DNA of 64,000 nt, taken from contig RSEE01000017.1 of the NCBI GenBank assembly GCA_003971905.1, forward strand, positions 186,001 through 250,000, read 5' to 3'. Within the stretch, counting starts at the first letter, position 1. The number at the start of each line of letters is the position of its first letter. The notes below the pieces were generated by a model that was given only the letters and a program-made list of their open reading frames with translations, did no database searches and was not told the origin of the DNA. Below are positions 24,075 through 37,415 of the stretch, one piece after another. A program made the translations under genes and the position numbers. The DNA comes from Moniliella sp. 'wahieum'. Its lineage: Eukaryota.

Positions 24075-25026
24075 ACTTGCTGTGCGTCATCCCCTCACGC
24101 GCTACGTATCAGTCTACCCTGTCGCTGCCACTCGTCTCCCCTCTCGTCCCCACCGTCTGTCAATGCTCTCAACAATGGAGGCGAGGCAGGCAGTCGCGAT
24201 TGCAGCCGAGCCACGGCAAGTACCCAAGCAGGCTGGTTGGCAACGTGATCCGGATAGACACGTTGTCCATGAGGTAGCGTGATTGTCTAGACCTTCGCAC
24301 ATAGCCTTTGGCAACAAGGCGACGCGCCGTGGGTTCTTATAATGGGGCGCGTGGGGGTCAGTGTACCTGTGAGCTCGACTAGGGCGGGAGTGAGTGCAAG
24401 GGTGGGAACGGGGAGCGAGATTGGGTGCGAGCCCAGCTAACTCTGAGCGGCGAGAAGGGGTCGGGGGTGGGCATGATGCAGAGGGGGTGCAGAGGGGGTG
24501 GGAGAAAGGGGGAGGGAGGCGAGCGATGAGCGGGCTCAGGCTGACAGCGGTGGGAGATGGGAGTTTATGCTTGGTCGCGTGGGACAGCCGAGACGATCGG
24601 GGGAGCCAGACCCGAGCCCTGGCAACAAGGGCCCCGCCTTGGTCGTCAGCATGTGGAACGATCCCGCCTCCGATGTCGACATCCGTTGCCACATGAGCAA
24701 GAGAAGGAAGACTGGTGGACGCTCTGCTACGCGCAGCAAGCCTCCTCGCCACTGGCACCTGCGTATGCTCTGGATCGACACGAAGCCGGAAACACACCTG
24801 GCCGCCTCACCTGGCTCACCCCCAGGGGAGTGGCCAATGCCGTTGGGGCTGCGGTAAGCCTGGATCGTGAGTCTGTCTACCTTGGACTTTCCATACCCAG
24901 CGTATGGCCACAGCGTATGCCCAGTCCCAAGTGCAATCAGTAGTATCGTATTGCATCTGCTCTGTATAGATGGCGCCTACCAAGTGTCCGACAACGAGGC
25001 TTTCAAAAAGGGAGCAGGCCAAGGAA

Positions 25027-28000
25027 TTACTCCCCAAACGCCTGGTGGAGGTCAATCACCAGCTCGCTGTACTGTTCCCTCGCCAGCGCCAGGCCCTGCT
25101 CCATCGTCCCTGCATTCTCCAACGCAGGCGGCTCGCTCCCGGCCGCTGGACCCGTACCGTTGTCCAGCCCAAGAATCAACTTGAGCACCGCACTGTACTC
25201 CTCAAACGTATACTGGGCTCCTTGTTGCTTGAGCCGAGCCAGCACATCCTGCGCAAAGAGTAGATTGGGTCAGTAGCCTAGCCCACAAGGCGAACAACGC
25301 TATGGACATACCTCGGGAGAATGAAGCAGCAGATCAAACAGCGCGCGCGAGCGCGGCAGCGTCACATCCACCGTCCCCGCCGCCGTATTGGAAAGGGCGA
25401 GAGACTTGATGTTCTGCTCAAGAGCAAGGATGTTGCGTTCCATCTTGGTCACGCCGTGCCGGTTAATCGCACGGATCCTGAGCACCGAAGCGACCAGGAG
25501 CGTGTCGAGGAAGCGCGCGAGCCCAACGTAGAGGAACATGCGGTCTGCGTCCGTCAAGACCAGCGAAAGCGCATCATCCCACGACGCCAACTTGTCGTTG
25601 AACGCATTGATGTTTGGGTCGGGCTCCTGAGATGCTTCCTCATTGATAAAGGGCGAGCTGGACACATCGCTGGTCTGAGCGTCGCTCTGCTGGTCCGCAG
25701 TGGCGAGGTAGATGTGCCATGCAGCCTGCAGTCGTAGCTCGGCATGGAGAGTGAAGAGGATGGTGCGAGCCAGATGGGCAAACGTGGTAGGCAAACCTGT
25801 GAAGCGACGAACCATCTCCTCCGTGAGCGGAAGCTCAAGGATGGTAGACGGCTTATCCATCGCCTCCGGATCCACCTTCTCGGGCAGCGTAGCAACTGGC
25901 TTCAATCGATGCAAAAAGGTGGTAAAATTATCAACCGAGTGCTTCAGCGTCGCCAAGGCCACCATGCGTCGGCGCGCCGGCTCGGGAAGAAGCTGCTCCA
26001 TCGTCACCTTTGCCCGTCGCCCGAGAGGAAGAGAGAAGCGCCACTTCGTGCATCAGCAGTGTCTCCCGCCTCTTGTCCGTCGTCTCTCCCACAGCTTCAG
26101 TCAGAATGGAGACAAGATCCGGCTTGCTCGCCCACACAGCGCAGGTGTACTTTCCCTTGCCCTCAGCTTCCGAATCCCGTGTGACGAGCGCTGTGTAACG
26201 CGCGGTAGCCCGTTTGTACAGTTCGACCACCAGTACCACCATCAGGCGCGCAACACGGCGTTTCTGGAAGGGCATGTGCTGGAGGATGAGGTATGTGTCC
26301 TGCAAGAGGCGAACAGTGTTGGGCACAGCCTTGGACACGGGCTTTTCCCCTGCACCGCTCGCACCATCCGTCTCGAGGGAAGACATGAGAGCAGGAGGAC
26401 GGTCGCTCCCCGTCATAGTCTCGGGACGGAGAGACTCCTCGTCATGGCTAGGCACCACATCCAGGCCCGAGATGGCAGTGGTAAACTGCGCCTGCACCCG
26501 TGCCTCCAGGTGAGGGAGGAAGTGTGCCGCACAAACCGGCGTAGGAACTGGAATACGAGTCGTTTACTACCGTGCCAGGGTCTTCCTCTTCGTTCTGGGC
26601 CGCACGCCGGCGCGAAAGGGAGGTAGACTCCTCCTCGTCTTCCTCTTCCTCGTCATCCTCCCCAGCCCCCTCCGCATCAGCGGGGAGCACCTGCTTGGCA
26701 CGTGCAATGAAGACGAGCACCGGGGTAAAGAGTTTGGACAAACCCGCAATATCTGGTTTGGCAAGCGTACGGTGTGCGTTCGCTCCCGTCTCGGACCCGG
26801 GCGCATGGCCAACCGCGCCCAACCAAGCGCTCAAGTCGATGGCTGCCAGCTCCGAAGCAAACCCGGTGCCAACGGGGCCGGCGTCGGCCGATACCAAGCC
26901 GGGAAGGTAGGTACGAATCGTCTGCATAATCTGCTCTTCGTACTTGCGTGTCGTATTGCGGTCAGCCGTTGACACAACGCCCACTCCATTGGGCGGGACG
27001 CTTACCCCCCGTCGGGGGCCAAATTGAACAGCCGTTTCTTGCTGTCGCGCTCCACACGACCCATCCGCAGAACTTCATTTACATCTACCATCGTCCTGCG
27101 TGCCGACGCCGCCACCGCACCAGGGGAGAGATGCGCATCGTTCGCCCCTGCCGCCAAGTGAGAAGAAAGAATGCCCTGCAGTTGATCCTGCATATGCCGC
27201 CAAAGATTGCGGGGTTTGACTGACGTCCGCTTGTCGCCCCGGGTGCCTCCACTGCGGGTGGAGAGTCGAGAGCAGACCTCGTACACCACCCGGTAGCACT
27301 GCAGCACCGCATCAAACTTGGCAAACATGGTCCAAAACAAGTCACGCAACGTCTCTTCGTCCCTCGCTTGGGCATAAACCTCGGCCGCGCTCTTTCCTCC
27401 GAGAGCGCCTGGGGCAAGATTGGTTAGTGCAAGCAAGGCCGAGTTGGGAGCAGCCGTGGGCCCGCCCGAGAAAGTGAGGGTGCGTGCCCCTCCATTTCGG
27501 GCCACAAGGCTCGATCGGTTGGCCCATGGAGCGGTAGAACCCCGGCGATTCAAGTTCGTCCCCCACTGTGCTTCGGCATCGTGGCGCCGCTCTACCTCAT
27601 CAATCGTACCTTCGACGAGTTGGTGCAACTCTGCTTGCTGCCGCTGTAAAACGGCATCCAGCACTTCGGGCAGCTTACCCAACCGGGCAGCGCTTTCCAG
27701 CAGCATTTCAATGTATGCAAACGGATCGCTGTCCGCTCCGTGCCGAGGCCCAAGCCTTCCCCGTTCCCTAGCCCGAGACCGACGTGAGCCCCACGGATGC
27801 GGGACCAGAGGCGGCCAATGTAGGCGCATCCGCCAAGGTTACTGTTGCTCCCGAACGAGCCGAATACCCGCCGCTCGTCCCTGGGGCCGAGAGATGGTTA
27901 AGGAACCGATCCAGCGAGCAAGGGGGGTGGCAGGTTCCGTGTCATCCGGTTAGCTCATTAGTTGCGATATCGGTGTCCGCATATGCATCCACATTTTCAT

Positions 28001-29749
28001 CGCCGCCATTGGCCGCGGCCGCTGCAGTTGTGGCTGCTCGGTCCAGAGGGGAGGCTCGCAGCTCGGCTTGTCCGGGCTCATACGGGCCCAAGAGCGTCGT
28101 CGGAGGGCTTTGAGGTAGAGATGGTTGTGCAGCTCCTCCGTGATGAGGTCCAAAATGGAGTGCTGCTGTTGAGCAAGATAGTTGCGTACGTCGGCAATCG
28201 CTGCAATGTCCTGCATTTCAGGTGACGTGGCGGTACGTTCGGCAGCCATAATGAGCGTCACGGCATCATAGAAGAGCTTGTTGGCGATCAAGCGTTCCAA
28301 CGCAGGAGGCGTATCGCGCAAGCGTCTGCCGTGTAGCAGTCTAATCGACTCTTGTACTGCTTGGGACTTTTGCCACAGACTGACTAGATCCCCCCTGCGA
28401 GCACTGAGAGCATCCGTGCGTCATTCAGCTTGCGCCGCGCTTGAAGCACGTTCTTCTGCGCTGTCCCCAAGGCCGAGAGCACCTGATGGTGCGGGTGATG
28501 GCCGCCGCAAAGGCCTCGTAGTGGTCTTCCACCGAACCCTGCAACGCGGCATCGAGTAGAGCCGACATGCGCTGGAATTCTCCGCAGTGCCCTGAGCTGG
28601 TGATCAATGATATCAAGGGCCAAGGCAGCCGGTTAATATCATCGGACCAAGGTACCCATCCAACCGTGCTTTCTGCAGGACAGCAGCGATAGCTAATAGC
28701 TCCGTGGCGTGCGGCGCCTTCTCGGCCCCGTTCGTACGCCGCCAGCGGCCGCCGTTTGACCTGCAACACTTGCTCAATCCCCATCGGATCAGACGATGAG
28801 GGGCCCTCATGTCCTGCTCCGGCACGTCGGATCCGATCCACTTGGTGTTTACGCCCTGCCGACTGGAGGGCAGCGACAGCACCCCGCAGCGCCTCGGGAG
28901 CATCGCTCTGTTGGCCGGTCAAACTGCCCAATGGGGCCAGGTCCGAATCGACAGTACGCGCGCGTCGGGGTTACGGACATTGGGGTGATTGTGATGATGA
29001 TGGTTGCGGGATTTCGACGTGGGTGCTTGCGCGTGGGCCTGGGGATAGGGCTGGTCGTAGCTTTGATCATACGCCTCGTACGCCTCATCATAATGCTGGG
29101 GTTCGGTCTGGCGGCGCACGCGGGGATCCGTACCCCTCCGTGGGACACAGAAAGGGGATCTTGGGAATGAACGCGGGACGAGCGGGGGAGAGGGATGCCA
29201 GGCTCCTCGGGGTCGAATGATTCGTCAGAGGGAGAGACGGGGCGACGGTCGGGGCGCATGGAGGCCGGGAGAGACGCGGCGGGAGTGGCGACGGAAAAGG
29301 TCGGCTGCTGCGAAGGGCGACGCACAGAGCGGGCGGGGCGTGCGGGCAACGGGGAGTCTGGGCGGGGGAGGAGGAGGAGGGCGGCAGCGGGGGGATGAGG
29401 CCGTCGGAGGGCGAGTCGAGGCCGGGGGCATAGGGAGCAGGGTGGAGGGAGAGGGAGGGCTGCTGCGGGGCGTGGTGGGGCGAGCGTGGGGGGGCTGGGG
29501 CTGGATGCGCGACGGCGCAGGCGCGTAGCCCAGGTCGGACGGGGGGCGCTCGTCGATGGCGGCGAGGCCCTGGGACGGAAGGCGCGCGGCGGAGAAGGCC
29601 GAGGGGGGCCCTGGACAGCGCCCATGCCGAGGGCGGTGTTCTCATGGCGGATCTTGGCGCGGACGCGCGGTCCTTGTCGCGCTCCTGTCGCGGTCCTTGC
29701 CCTCGGTGAGCTTGCGCAGCGAGAAGGAGCGCGCGACGCGGTCCACCAT
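25027..29749 (-). CDS. SEC8: Exocyst subunit Sec8
   Basis: LERLIANKLFYDA, EELHNHLYLK, DSDPFAYIEMLLESAARLGKL, KMERNILALEQNIK, YTFEEYSAVLKLI. Multiple frameshifts and introns; start inferred. Confidence 0.88.
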
Positions 29750-30354
29750 GGCTGGGTCGGGGCGGGCGATGGGGGCGGCGGTGCTGGCTGGATGCGCTTG
29801 CGGTGGCGGCGCAGGCTCCGCTGCACGTGGCGCCCCGCCTCACGTAAGCGGCTGGTTACGTAACCCGCTTCCCCGCACGCACGGCCTCTGCGCAACGCGG
29901 CCCGCTTGGACGCAGGGCGGGGCAATGCGGTGGATGAGCTAACGGCGCCCCGGGGGTTATCGGTACAACTGGGCACGTGCTGCACGCGCCTCAGGCCTCA
30001 CGCGGCCTCAGGCCTCACGCCTGCCCCACGGCAAGTGGCCATCATGCATCAGACAATGCTCACAGGGTTGGCTGAGTACCCGACAGGCTGCCTGGATGCG
30101 TGAACATTTCATTCATCGATCATCCGACGGAGGCTGGCCAGCGGAGAAAAGCTGATACGAAGACCACGCCATCCGGCACGGCGCCGTAGTCACAAGTCGC
30201 TTGTCACTACGTTGCCCATTTGTAGTTACTAGTTAGCAGTTACTAGTTACTGCGGCTAATAAACGGCATCGCTCCTTTCGACTCAGAAGCATCGCAACCG
30301 CTTTTTTTTCGGCCAGCCCTGTTCCTTCTTCCCGCCCACCACATCTCTCACACC

Positions 30355-32668
30355 ATGGCCCAATTCTCCCACCCCCTCATCCGTGACGGCTGGTTCCACG
30401 AGATCAACTCCCAATGGCCTGGCGAGGCCATGGGCTTGCAGGTGGTCCGCATCCTCCACCACGAGCAGAGCAAGTTCCAGGACGTACTCGTCTTGAGAGC
30501 ACCACCTTTGGCAATGTTCTCGTTCTCGACGGCGTCATCCAAGCCACCGAGCGCGACGAGTTTTCGTACCAGGAGATGATCGCCCACCTCCCCCTGGCCA
30601 GCCACCCTAACCCCGAGCGCGTGCTGGTCATTGGCGGTGGCGATGGCGGCGTGCTGCGCGAGGTGGTCAAGCATGACTCGGTCAAGGAGGCCGTCCTGTG
30701 CGACATTGACGAGGCTGTGCCCCGTGTCAGCAAGCTGTACCTGCCCCACATGGCCCAGGGCCTGACGCACCCTAAGAGCACGGTGCACATTGGCGATGGC
30801 TTTGCCTTCCTCAAGCAGCCCGAGAACAAGGGGGCATTTGACGTGATCATCACGGATTCCTCCGACCCTGTGGGCCCAGCTCAGGCGCTATTTGAAAAGC
30901 CGTACTTCCAACTGCTCAAGGAGGCCCTCAAGCCTGGCGGACACATCTCTACCCAGGCCGAATCGCTCTGGTTGCACCTTCCCCTGATCCGCGAACTGCG
31001 TCAGAGCACCAAGGAAATCTTCTCTGTGGCCGATTATGCCTTTACCACCATCCCCACCTACCCCTCTGGGCAAATTGGCTTTGTCATCTGCTCGACCGAG
31101 CCGACGCGCAACGTGCGTGTGCCTGTGCGTGAGGTTCCGGGGTGCAAGTACTACAATGCCGATGTTCACAAGGCGGCCTTTGTCCTCCCCGAGTTTGCTC
31201 GCGCGGTCATTGAGGATGGGGCGGCGGCGCCGGGCCCTGTCGTGGCCTCGGGCGATGGTTCGGGCCCTGCGTCCCGTGACGCTAAGAAGATTCTTCTGTT
31301 GGGCTCGGGCTACGTTGCGCGTCCGTTCGCCGAGTACGTTCTGCGTTACCCGAGTACAGCTTGACGGTCGCATCGTCGCGGTTGGCCAATGCCCAGCGCC
31401 TGGCTGAGGGTCTGGCGCGTACGACGGCCACTTCGGTTGATGTGAACAACCATGCTGCTCTGGCCGAGCTGGTGGGGCAGCACGACATTGTCATCTCGCT
31501 CATCCCCTACATTTACCACGCCAAGGTGATCGAGGCGGCGATCGAGAAGAAGGTGGATGTGGTTACCACTTCCTACGTCAGCCCTGCCATCCGCGAACTG
31601 GCGCCCAAGATTAAGGCAGCGGGTATTACGGTGATGAACGAGATTGGTCTCGACCCTGGTATTGACCACCTCTATGCCGTCAAGGCCATTGCCGACATTC
31701 ACGCTCAGGGGAAGAAGGTCAAGGAGTTCTACTCGTACTGTGGTGGTCTGCCTGCCCCCGAGGCGGCAGACAACCCGCTGGGATACAAGTTTTCATGGTC
31801 CTCGCGTGGCGTTCTGCTTGCCCTCCGCAACACGGCCAAGTTCTGGCAGAAGGGGAGTAAGGAGCCGGTCACCATTCCTGGCCCTGAGCTGATGAAGTCG
31901 GCCAAGCCTTACTACATTAGCCCCGCCTTTGCCTTTGTCGCGTACCCCAACCGTGACAGCACGCCGTACCGCGAATGGTACAACATCCCCGAGGCTGAAA
32001 CGGTGGTCCGTGGCACGATGCGCTACCAGGGCTTCCCGGAGTTTGTCGAGGCACTGGTCAAGCTCGGGTTCCTCGATGACTTTGCCAAGCCTTACCTCAC
32101 TCTTCCCAACACCAAGTCCTGGGCTGAAGTTTTGGCGGCGGTGACGGGCTCGCAGAGCACGGAGCCGACTTCGCTTGCGGCCGCGGTGCGCAAGATTGTG
32201 GACTTTAAGACGGAGGAGGAGGCGGACATGGTGCTCCGCGGTTTGCGCTGGCTTGACCTCTTTAGCTCAGAGGTGACCGCCACCGTTCGTGGCACGGCAG
32301 AGCAGGAGAAGGAGCGGCAGGGTAACCTTCTGGACTCGCTCTGCGCTACGCTCGAGCTTAAGTGCCAGTACGGTCCCGAGGAGCGTGACATGGTCATGCT
32401 TCAGCACAAGTTCGTCACCGAGGACAAGGATGGTAACGAGGCGACCCTCACCTCGACGCTGCTCGACTTTGGTGTTCCCAACGGCTTCTCTTCGATGGCC
32501 AAGACGGTGGGTGTGCCGTGTGCAATCGCCACCAAGCTCATCCTTGAGGGCCACCCGGGGCTGAAGAAGCCTGGCGAGATTGTCGCCCCGCACTCGCTCG
32601 ACGTTACGGAGCCCATCCGTGCTGAGCTTGAGAAGGAGGGCATTGCTCTTGAGGAGCGCTGGGTCTAA
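30355..32668 (+). CDS. Bifunctional spermidine synthase - saccharopine dehydrogenase (SPE-SDH, Spe3-Lys9 fusion)
   Basis: [14 protein letters not shown] and [13 protein letters not shown] (spermidine synthase) run in frame into [14 protein letters not shown], followed by [18 protein letters not shown] and YKFSWSSRG (Lys9-type). Apparent 1-nt losses near 30493 and 31350. Confidence 0.97.
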
Positions 32669-33662
32669 GCGAACTGCCAAGACGTTATTGCGCTCTATCT
32701 ATTTCCTGTGGAAGCCGAACTTGTTTGTCATAGCATGAAGCTTTGGCAGTTCCCATACCTTCTCAGTAGTATTACAGCAATAAGCACAACTATAGTAGTA
32801 AAAGTACCTGTTGGTAACGTTTTGCAATCTCTCTTTCGCTTCATATTTCCGTCAGTCTGATGTAGAACTCTCAACAGTGAGGCTTGATGGTAAAATGGAT
32901 AGCCGTCCAAGACCCACAGCCCATTTGCCCGACATGCCGTCTGCGCTGGCGACGAGCTACGCTCTTAGTAGACTGTGTCCACGATGATGCATATCGTACT
33001 CTTCAACATCTTCGACCGTATCATGAACGGTTACTTGGGCTTCTGTATAAGTAACCAGAGCTTGGCCAACACTCTTGACCCATGTTTTTCTGGTCGGCCA
33101 CATCTGTAAGTGGATGGTTGATTGTCCTCGAGAATCGACGCCCAACAGGGATATGTGGCTCGCCCATCACAAACGGAGCGGCTGTTTTTAGTGAGCGAAG
33201 CCCTTGTAAATCATGAATATGAACACCCAAGTGGCCAGACAGGGGATTTGAGATCTCTTCCTCATATCAGATTGATTATGGGTTGACGTATATTATGCCG
33301 CTGCGGAGCTCCTTTTTTCTTCTTCCTCTCCCTATTTCCTCTCTTTACCTTCTGCATCTTTACTGTTATGGCTATTGGTTCATAGACCATCACACCATAT
33401 ATGGCTCCTTTATACCAAAGATGTAATCTATCTTCTTTCTAGGTTATACGCAATCGCCGCCTCTAAACAAGTAGAAAATCTGTGCAAGTGAATGAGATGG
33501 ACGGCGGTTTTCCTCACGGTAGAAATGCCTTGAAATAGTGAAACTATGATTGCCTCCAAACCAAAATTGATCTCTCCGCCATCATGCATCACACCCAAAC
33601 CACTCTTCACTCCATCACTCTTTCTTCTTTCCTTTCTCTCCCCGCCCCATTTCCTCATCACC

Positions 33663-34761
33663 ATGTCGTCTGAGGTGGAAGTGACGAGCGATGAGGCATA
33701 CCGCATGCTCAAGCTCCAACCGGGAGCCAGCGAAACACAGATCAAGAGCGCCTATCGCAAATTGTCCCTGAAGCTGCATCCGGACAAGCGTCGTGACGTT
33801 TCGTCCGAGGTGGCCGCGCATGAATTTCACCAGCTTTCGGCCGCCTATGCCTTGCTCAGCAATCCGGAGCAGCGCCGCAAAGCCGAGGAGACCGCTGCGG
33901 CGGATGCTGCACAAGCTGCACGCAGGGGGAGCGTACGATTCCAGCGAAAGGCCGCCGCCGAAGACCTCCTTCGCCGCGAAGAAGAAGACAAGAAACGCCG
34001 CCGCGCCGCTGCCAAAGCGCAAGCCGACCTTGACACTCGACTGAGAGACGCGCAAATGGAGAGCGAACAAATGATGGAGATGGCTTCCAAGGCTCGGGAT
34101 AGCGCTCCTGCACCACCATCTATGCCTGACCTCTCTGCTGCCAGCGATGACCCACCCCAAGTAGGTTCTATGGACAAGATGGTCCTGATCAAGCTTCCAA
34201 TTTCACAGACGTCTTCGCTTTTGGGTGTTTCTAGTGAGGCGCTTCTCTGGCCTCTGCACTGGATACAGCAAGCACGCGCTTGGCGCGTGCCTTGGGGCAT
34301 GCCTTCGGTCCTGTGACCCATATCGTGGTACAGCCTCCCAAACGGCGCAAGAAGACGGGGAATCTCAGTTCCGAGGTGAGCGTATTGGTTGAGTTTGAGG
34401 ATGTGATGGATGCCTATGCAGCGGCGACGGCAGGGTCCAGTTTGTCTGCCCCGCCACCACTGGACGAGTGCTGGATGGGGTGGGCATCGGCGAGCAAAAA
34501 AAGGATGCTGTACCATGGGAACCTCCAAGGATCTCGTGGATGCGGTCCCGAGGGCTCCTGCCTACCTCGGCGAGCCCTAGACCAGGAGCGATGGCACCAA
34601 ACACATCGGAGCATGCCTCCAAGACGCCCCCCGCGTCTACTACCTTTTCCTTTAAGCCACCCAGCGGACAGACCGGTCCTGATTTTGAAAGTGCGATCCT
34701 GCAACGCCTGCGGGACGCAGCAAGGAGACGAGCGGACCGAGAAGATGGGGCGACTGGCTAG
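33663..34761 (+). CDS. DnaJ-domain protein, Cwc23/DNAJC17-like
   Basis: J domain IKSAYRKLSLKLHPDK, coiled coil, degenerate RRM-like segment and C-terminal DFESAILQRLR. Confidence 0.8.
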
Positions 34762-34936
34762 ACGGAAAATACGATGGTGTCCGTCCACGTTCCCGTGGCT
34801 GTGCGGATCATAGGAGCGATGTTGCGTTGAGCCAGTGTAATTTGTGAAGCTGAACGCCTTGTTGCAGCACTCAATTTGAAATTTGCACGCCAGCTGGAGC
34901 GATGCAAGGTCTAATCGTCCCTTGTGCCTACTCCGT

Positions 34937-36364
34937 ATGTCTGCTGCCGTTGCAACCACCATGGGGTGCGGCGACTCATCCCAGACGCCTCTCCCGCGTG
35001 TCGGGACGCTGGGAATGTTCATAGTGGACACCTTCCAATACTCCACCCGGACGGATCCCCCGAATCCCCACCAGACCGGGGTACGGCGCCCAAGTGGGCG
35101 GCGGGGCACTTACGTCGCTGTCGGTGTGTAGCTCTTCCTCCTCGTTCCTGAGCCCAGCCCCAGCTGACTGTTTCTCCTCTCTGGTGTGTGCCAGGGGCCA
35201 GCATGTGGTATGTGTTCATGCTTCCTCCTTCGAATTCCCGAGTGGCATCTGCTGACCACCACGCTTGGCCAGGGTCGCATCCAACCGAGTGTGCATGCTG
35301 GTCGATCGCGGGTGCGACTGGGCTGCCGATTGGCAACGCCAACTGGACCAATACGTTGATGCATCCTCTTTGCGTGAAGGAGAGACGGGCATCTGGAAGT
35401 ACCGCGCTCGTTTGGACAAAACGACGCTGGCCGTCAACATTTTTACTGGTGAAACGCGGGACTTCCAGTATTTGACAGCCAAGGTGCGTATCGAGCCAAA
35501 GGACCTGTTGATGAAAGACGTTCATTCGGGCATGATTGGACTGCCGGAAGTGATCCACTTTGTGTGCTCACCCGAGCGGGCGAATTCGATTGCCGATGAG
35601 ATCAGCAAGTATGCCTCCCAAGGGCAGGGGCTTTCCGCAATGGCGATCAGGACCCCATGCCAATGCTAATCTGGGAGCCCATGCCGCCCGATGCGGTACC
35701 AAAGAACTTGGACGCTTGTATTGCGCTCTTTGACAAGGTCCACCTCTTCAGCCCGAACCACGAGGAAGCTGCCTGTCTCCTCTCAGTAATCCTTCCCCCT
35801 GATGAGGATGAAGAGGAGATGAAGTCCGCTGTTGAGGGAATGGTCTCCAATTGTTGGCTTTGGCGGCGAAAATGACGTGCAGCAGGACCCCCGTGATTGG
35901 CCTGAGATCGGGCAAGTTGGGGACCTACGTTGAGCCCGCCCATCTCTCCCCTCATGTGAGGAGGACCGGATAGGCTTCTGGGTCCCGGCATACCATGACC
36001 ATACTATGGCCAAGCGCGTGGTCGACGTGACCGGCGGAGGCAACGGTTGGCTTGGTGGGTATGCATCTGGGATGGCCGATGCGGTTGCGACCCACCCCAA
36101 GCTCGTAGCCATGACCGACAAGGAGATCTTGCTGTGTGCTGCTGACGGGGTAGCGTTTCTGCATGTAAGTTCACATTCCGAGTTCGTGACGGGACATTGA
36201 CCGATGGCCCCTTCAGCCTATAGATTGAGCAACCATCACTTCCTCTGGCTTCCAATTTTCTTGCTGGCGCACCTGCCTTGGCAGCGAGGAAGGGGTTGAT
36301 GAAGGAGTGCAAGCCCGTTTCGACCGGCTCTATGGGCGAATCACTGGAACCAAATCAAGCATAG
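34937..36364 (+). CDS. PfkB/ribokinase-family protein, Mak32-like
   Basis: TLGMFIVDTF, GGGTYVAVG, LIWEPMP, FSPNHEEA, VVDVTGGGNGWLGG; introns and frameshifts present. Confidence 0.82.
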
Positions 36365-37415
36365 TGCACTAATGTACATCTGTGCTCCTCGTAACCAAAG
36401 GAGCCAATAAGAATCATTGCAAACAGAGAAAACTGCCCACATGTGTTATGATGAGGAGCGAAAACGAAAGAACGAAGAAGGTACTAGTAGGAACCTCGGT
36501 ATGAGGTTGGCAGATCGCTGGCGCCAACAAAGCCGCTCTAGATGCTCCTCCGGCCGTTGCACCTTTCAATCCTCCACTCCTTCGACAGTTGTCCCCGGCG
36601 CTGACAGAAGAAGACTGCGGACACCGACCGGCAATGTCGCGCTTTGAAAGCATCTCCTCAATCGGCACGATACCGCATTACTACCCACTGGCACATCAAA
36701 CAGGCCATCCGTATCAAGGTCAAATTGAGGTTAGGGCGTCTCCTGAAATGTCTCGCCCTTGCACCAGTCGCACGCACGGCTGCCACGACAAATGGTCTCC
36801 ACGTCGTCATAGACCGTGCCTCGGGCGGCTGGATGTCCTCCTCGTTTGTGCTGTCGGGGCACCTGGCTTCCGTATAGGATGGAGCCCACTGGGGATATGA
36901 CGCAACCCACGAATGTACAGCAGGAACTTTGGCCGGAGGTTTTGCTGCAATGGATTTACAAGAGGATGGACGGTAACTGACCGCGGCGCCGCGTTCCACC
37001 TTCAGACTTCAGAGTGTGCCATTGATACCCTTGGTCGAAACATCAGCAAACGCACCATCGCATCTCAGCCTGCTCCGATCCAGCCAGGTCTTCCATCGAT
37101 TCGTCTGTCCCCCAACCACCGAAACACGCGATGAGCGGTCGTCATATAGCAGAACAGAGCAGAACAGAACAGGACAAAACAATCGCGGTTGAACGGTATA
37201 ATGCATTGGAAGCTTGCATATCATCATGTTACATTTGCATCGAGCACGGCGTGTTTGCCTTGCTCGAAGGGTTAGGAGGTTCGGCCTCACGTCAAGACGC
37301 AAGGACGCTGGATCTCGGCACCTGGTCGCGGTTGAAGGAACAGGTAGCACGAGAACGATGGGGGGAAATGAGGATCAAACGAGGCATGGCAGCTAAACAG
37401 CTGGCAACGGGCTGC

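Noticed and set aside
24100..24950. Extra gene between BRE1 and SEC8
   Set aside because: Only short overlapping ORFs without motifs; cannot be supported from sequence alone.
31340..31365. Programmed frameshift between SPE and SDH
   Set aside because: The shift is inside the SDH domain, no slippery heptamer is evident, and similar indels occur in nearly every gene.
36400..37300. Gene between the PfkB-like gene and ADE3
   Set aside because: Short ORFs on both strands with no recognisable family or consistent splice pattern.
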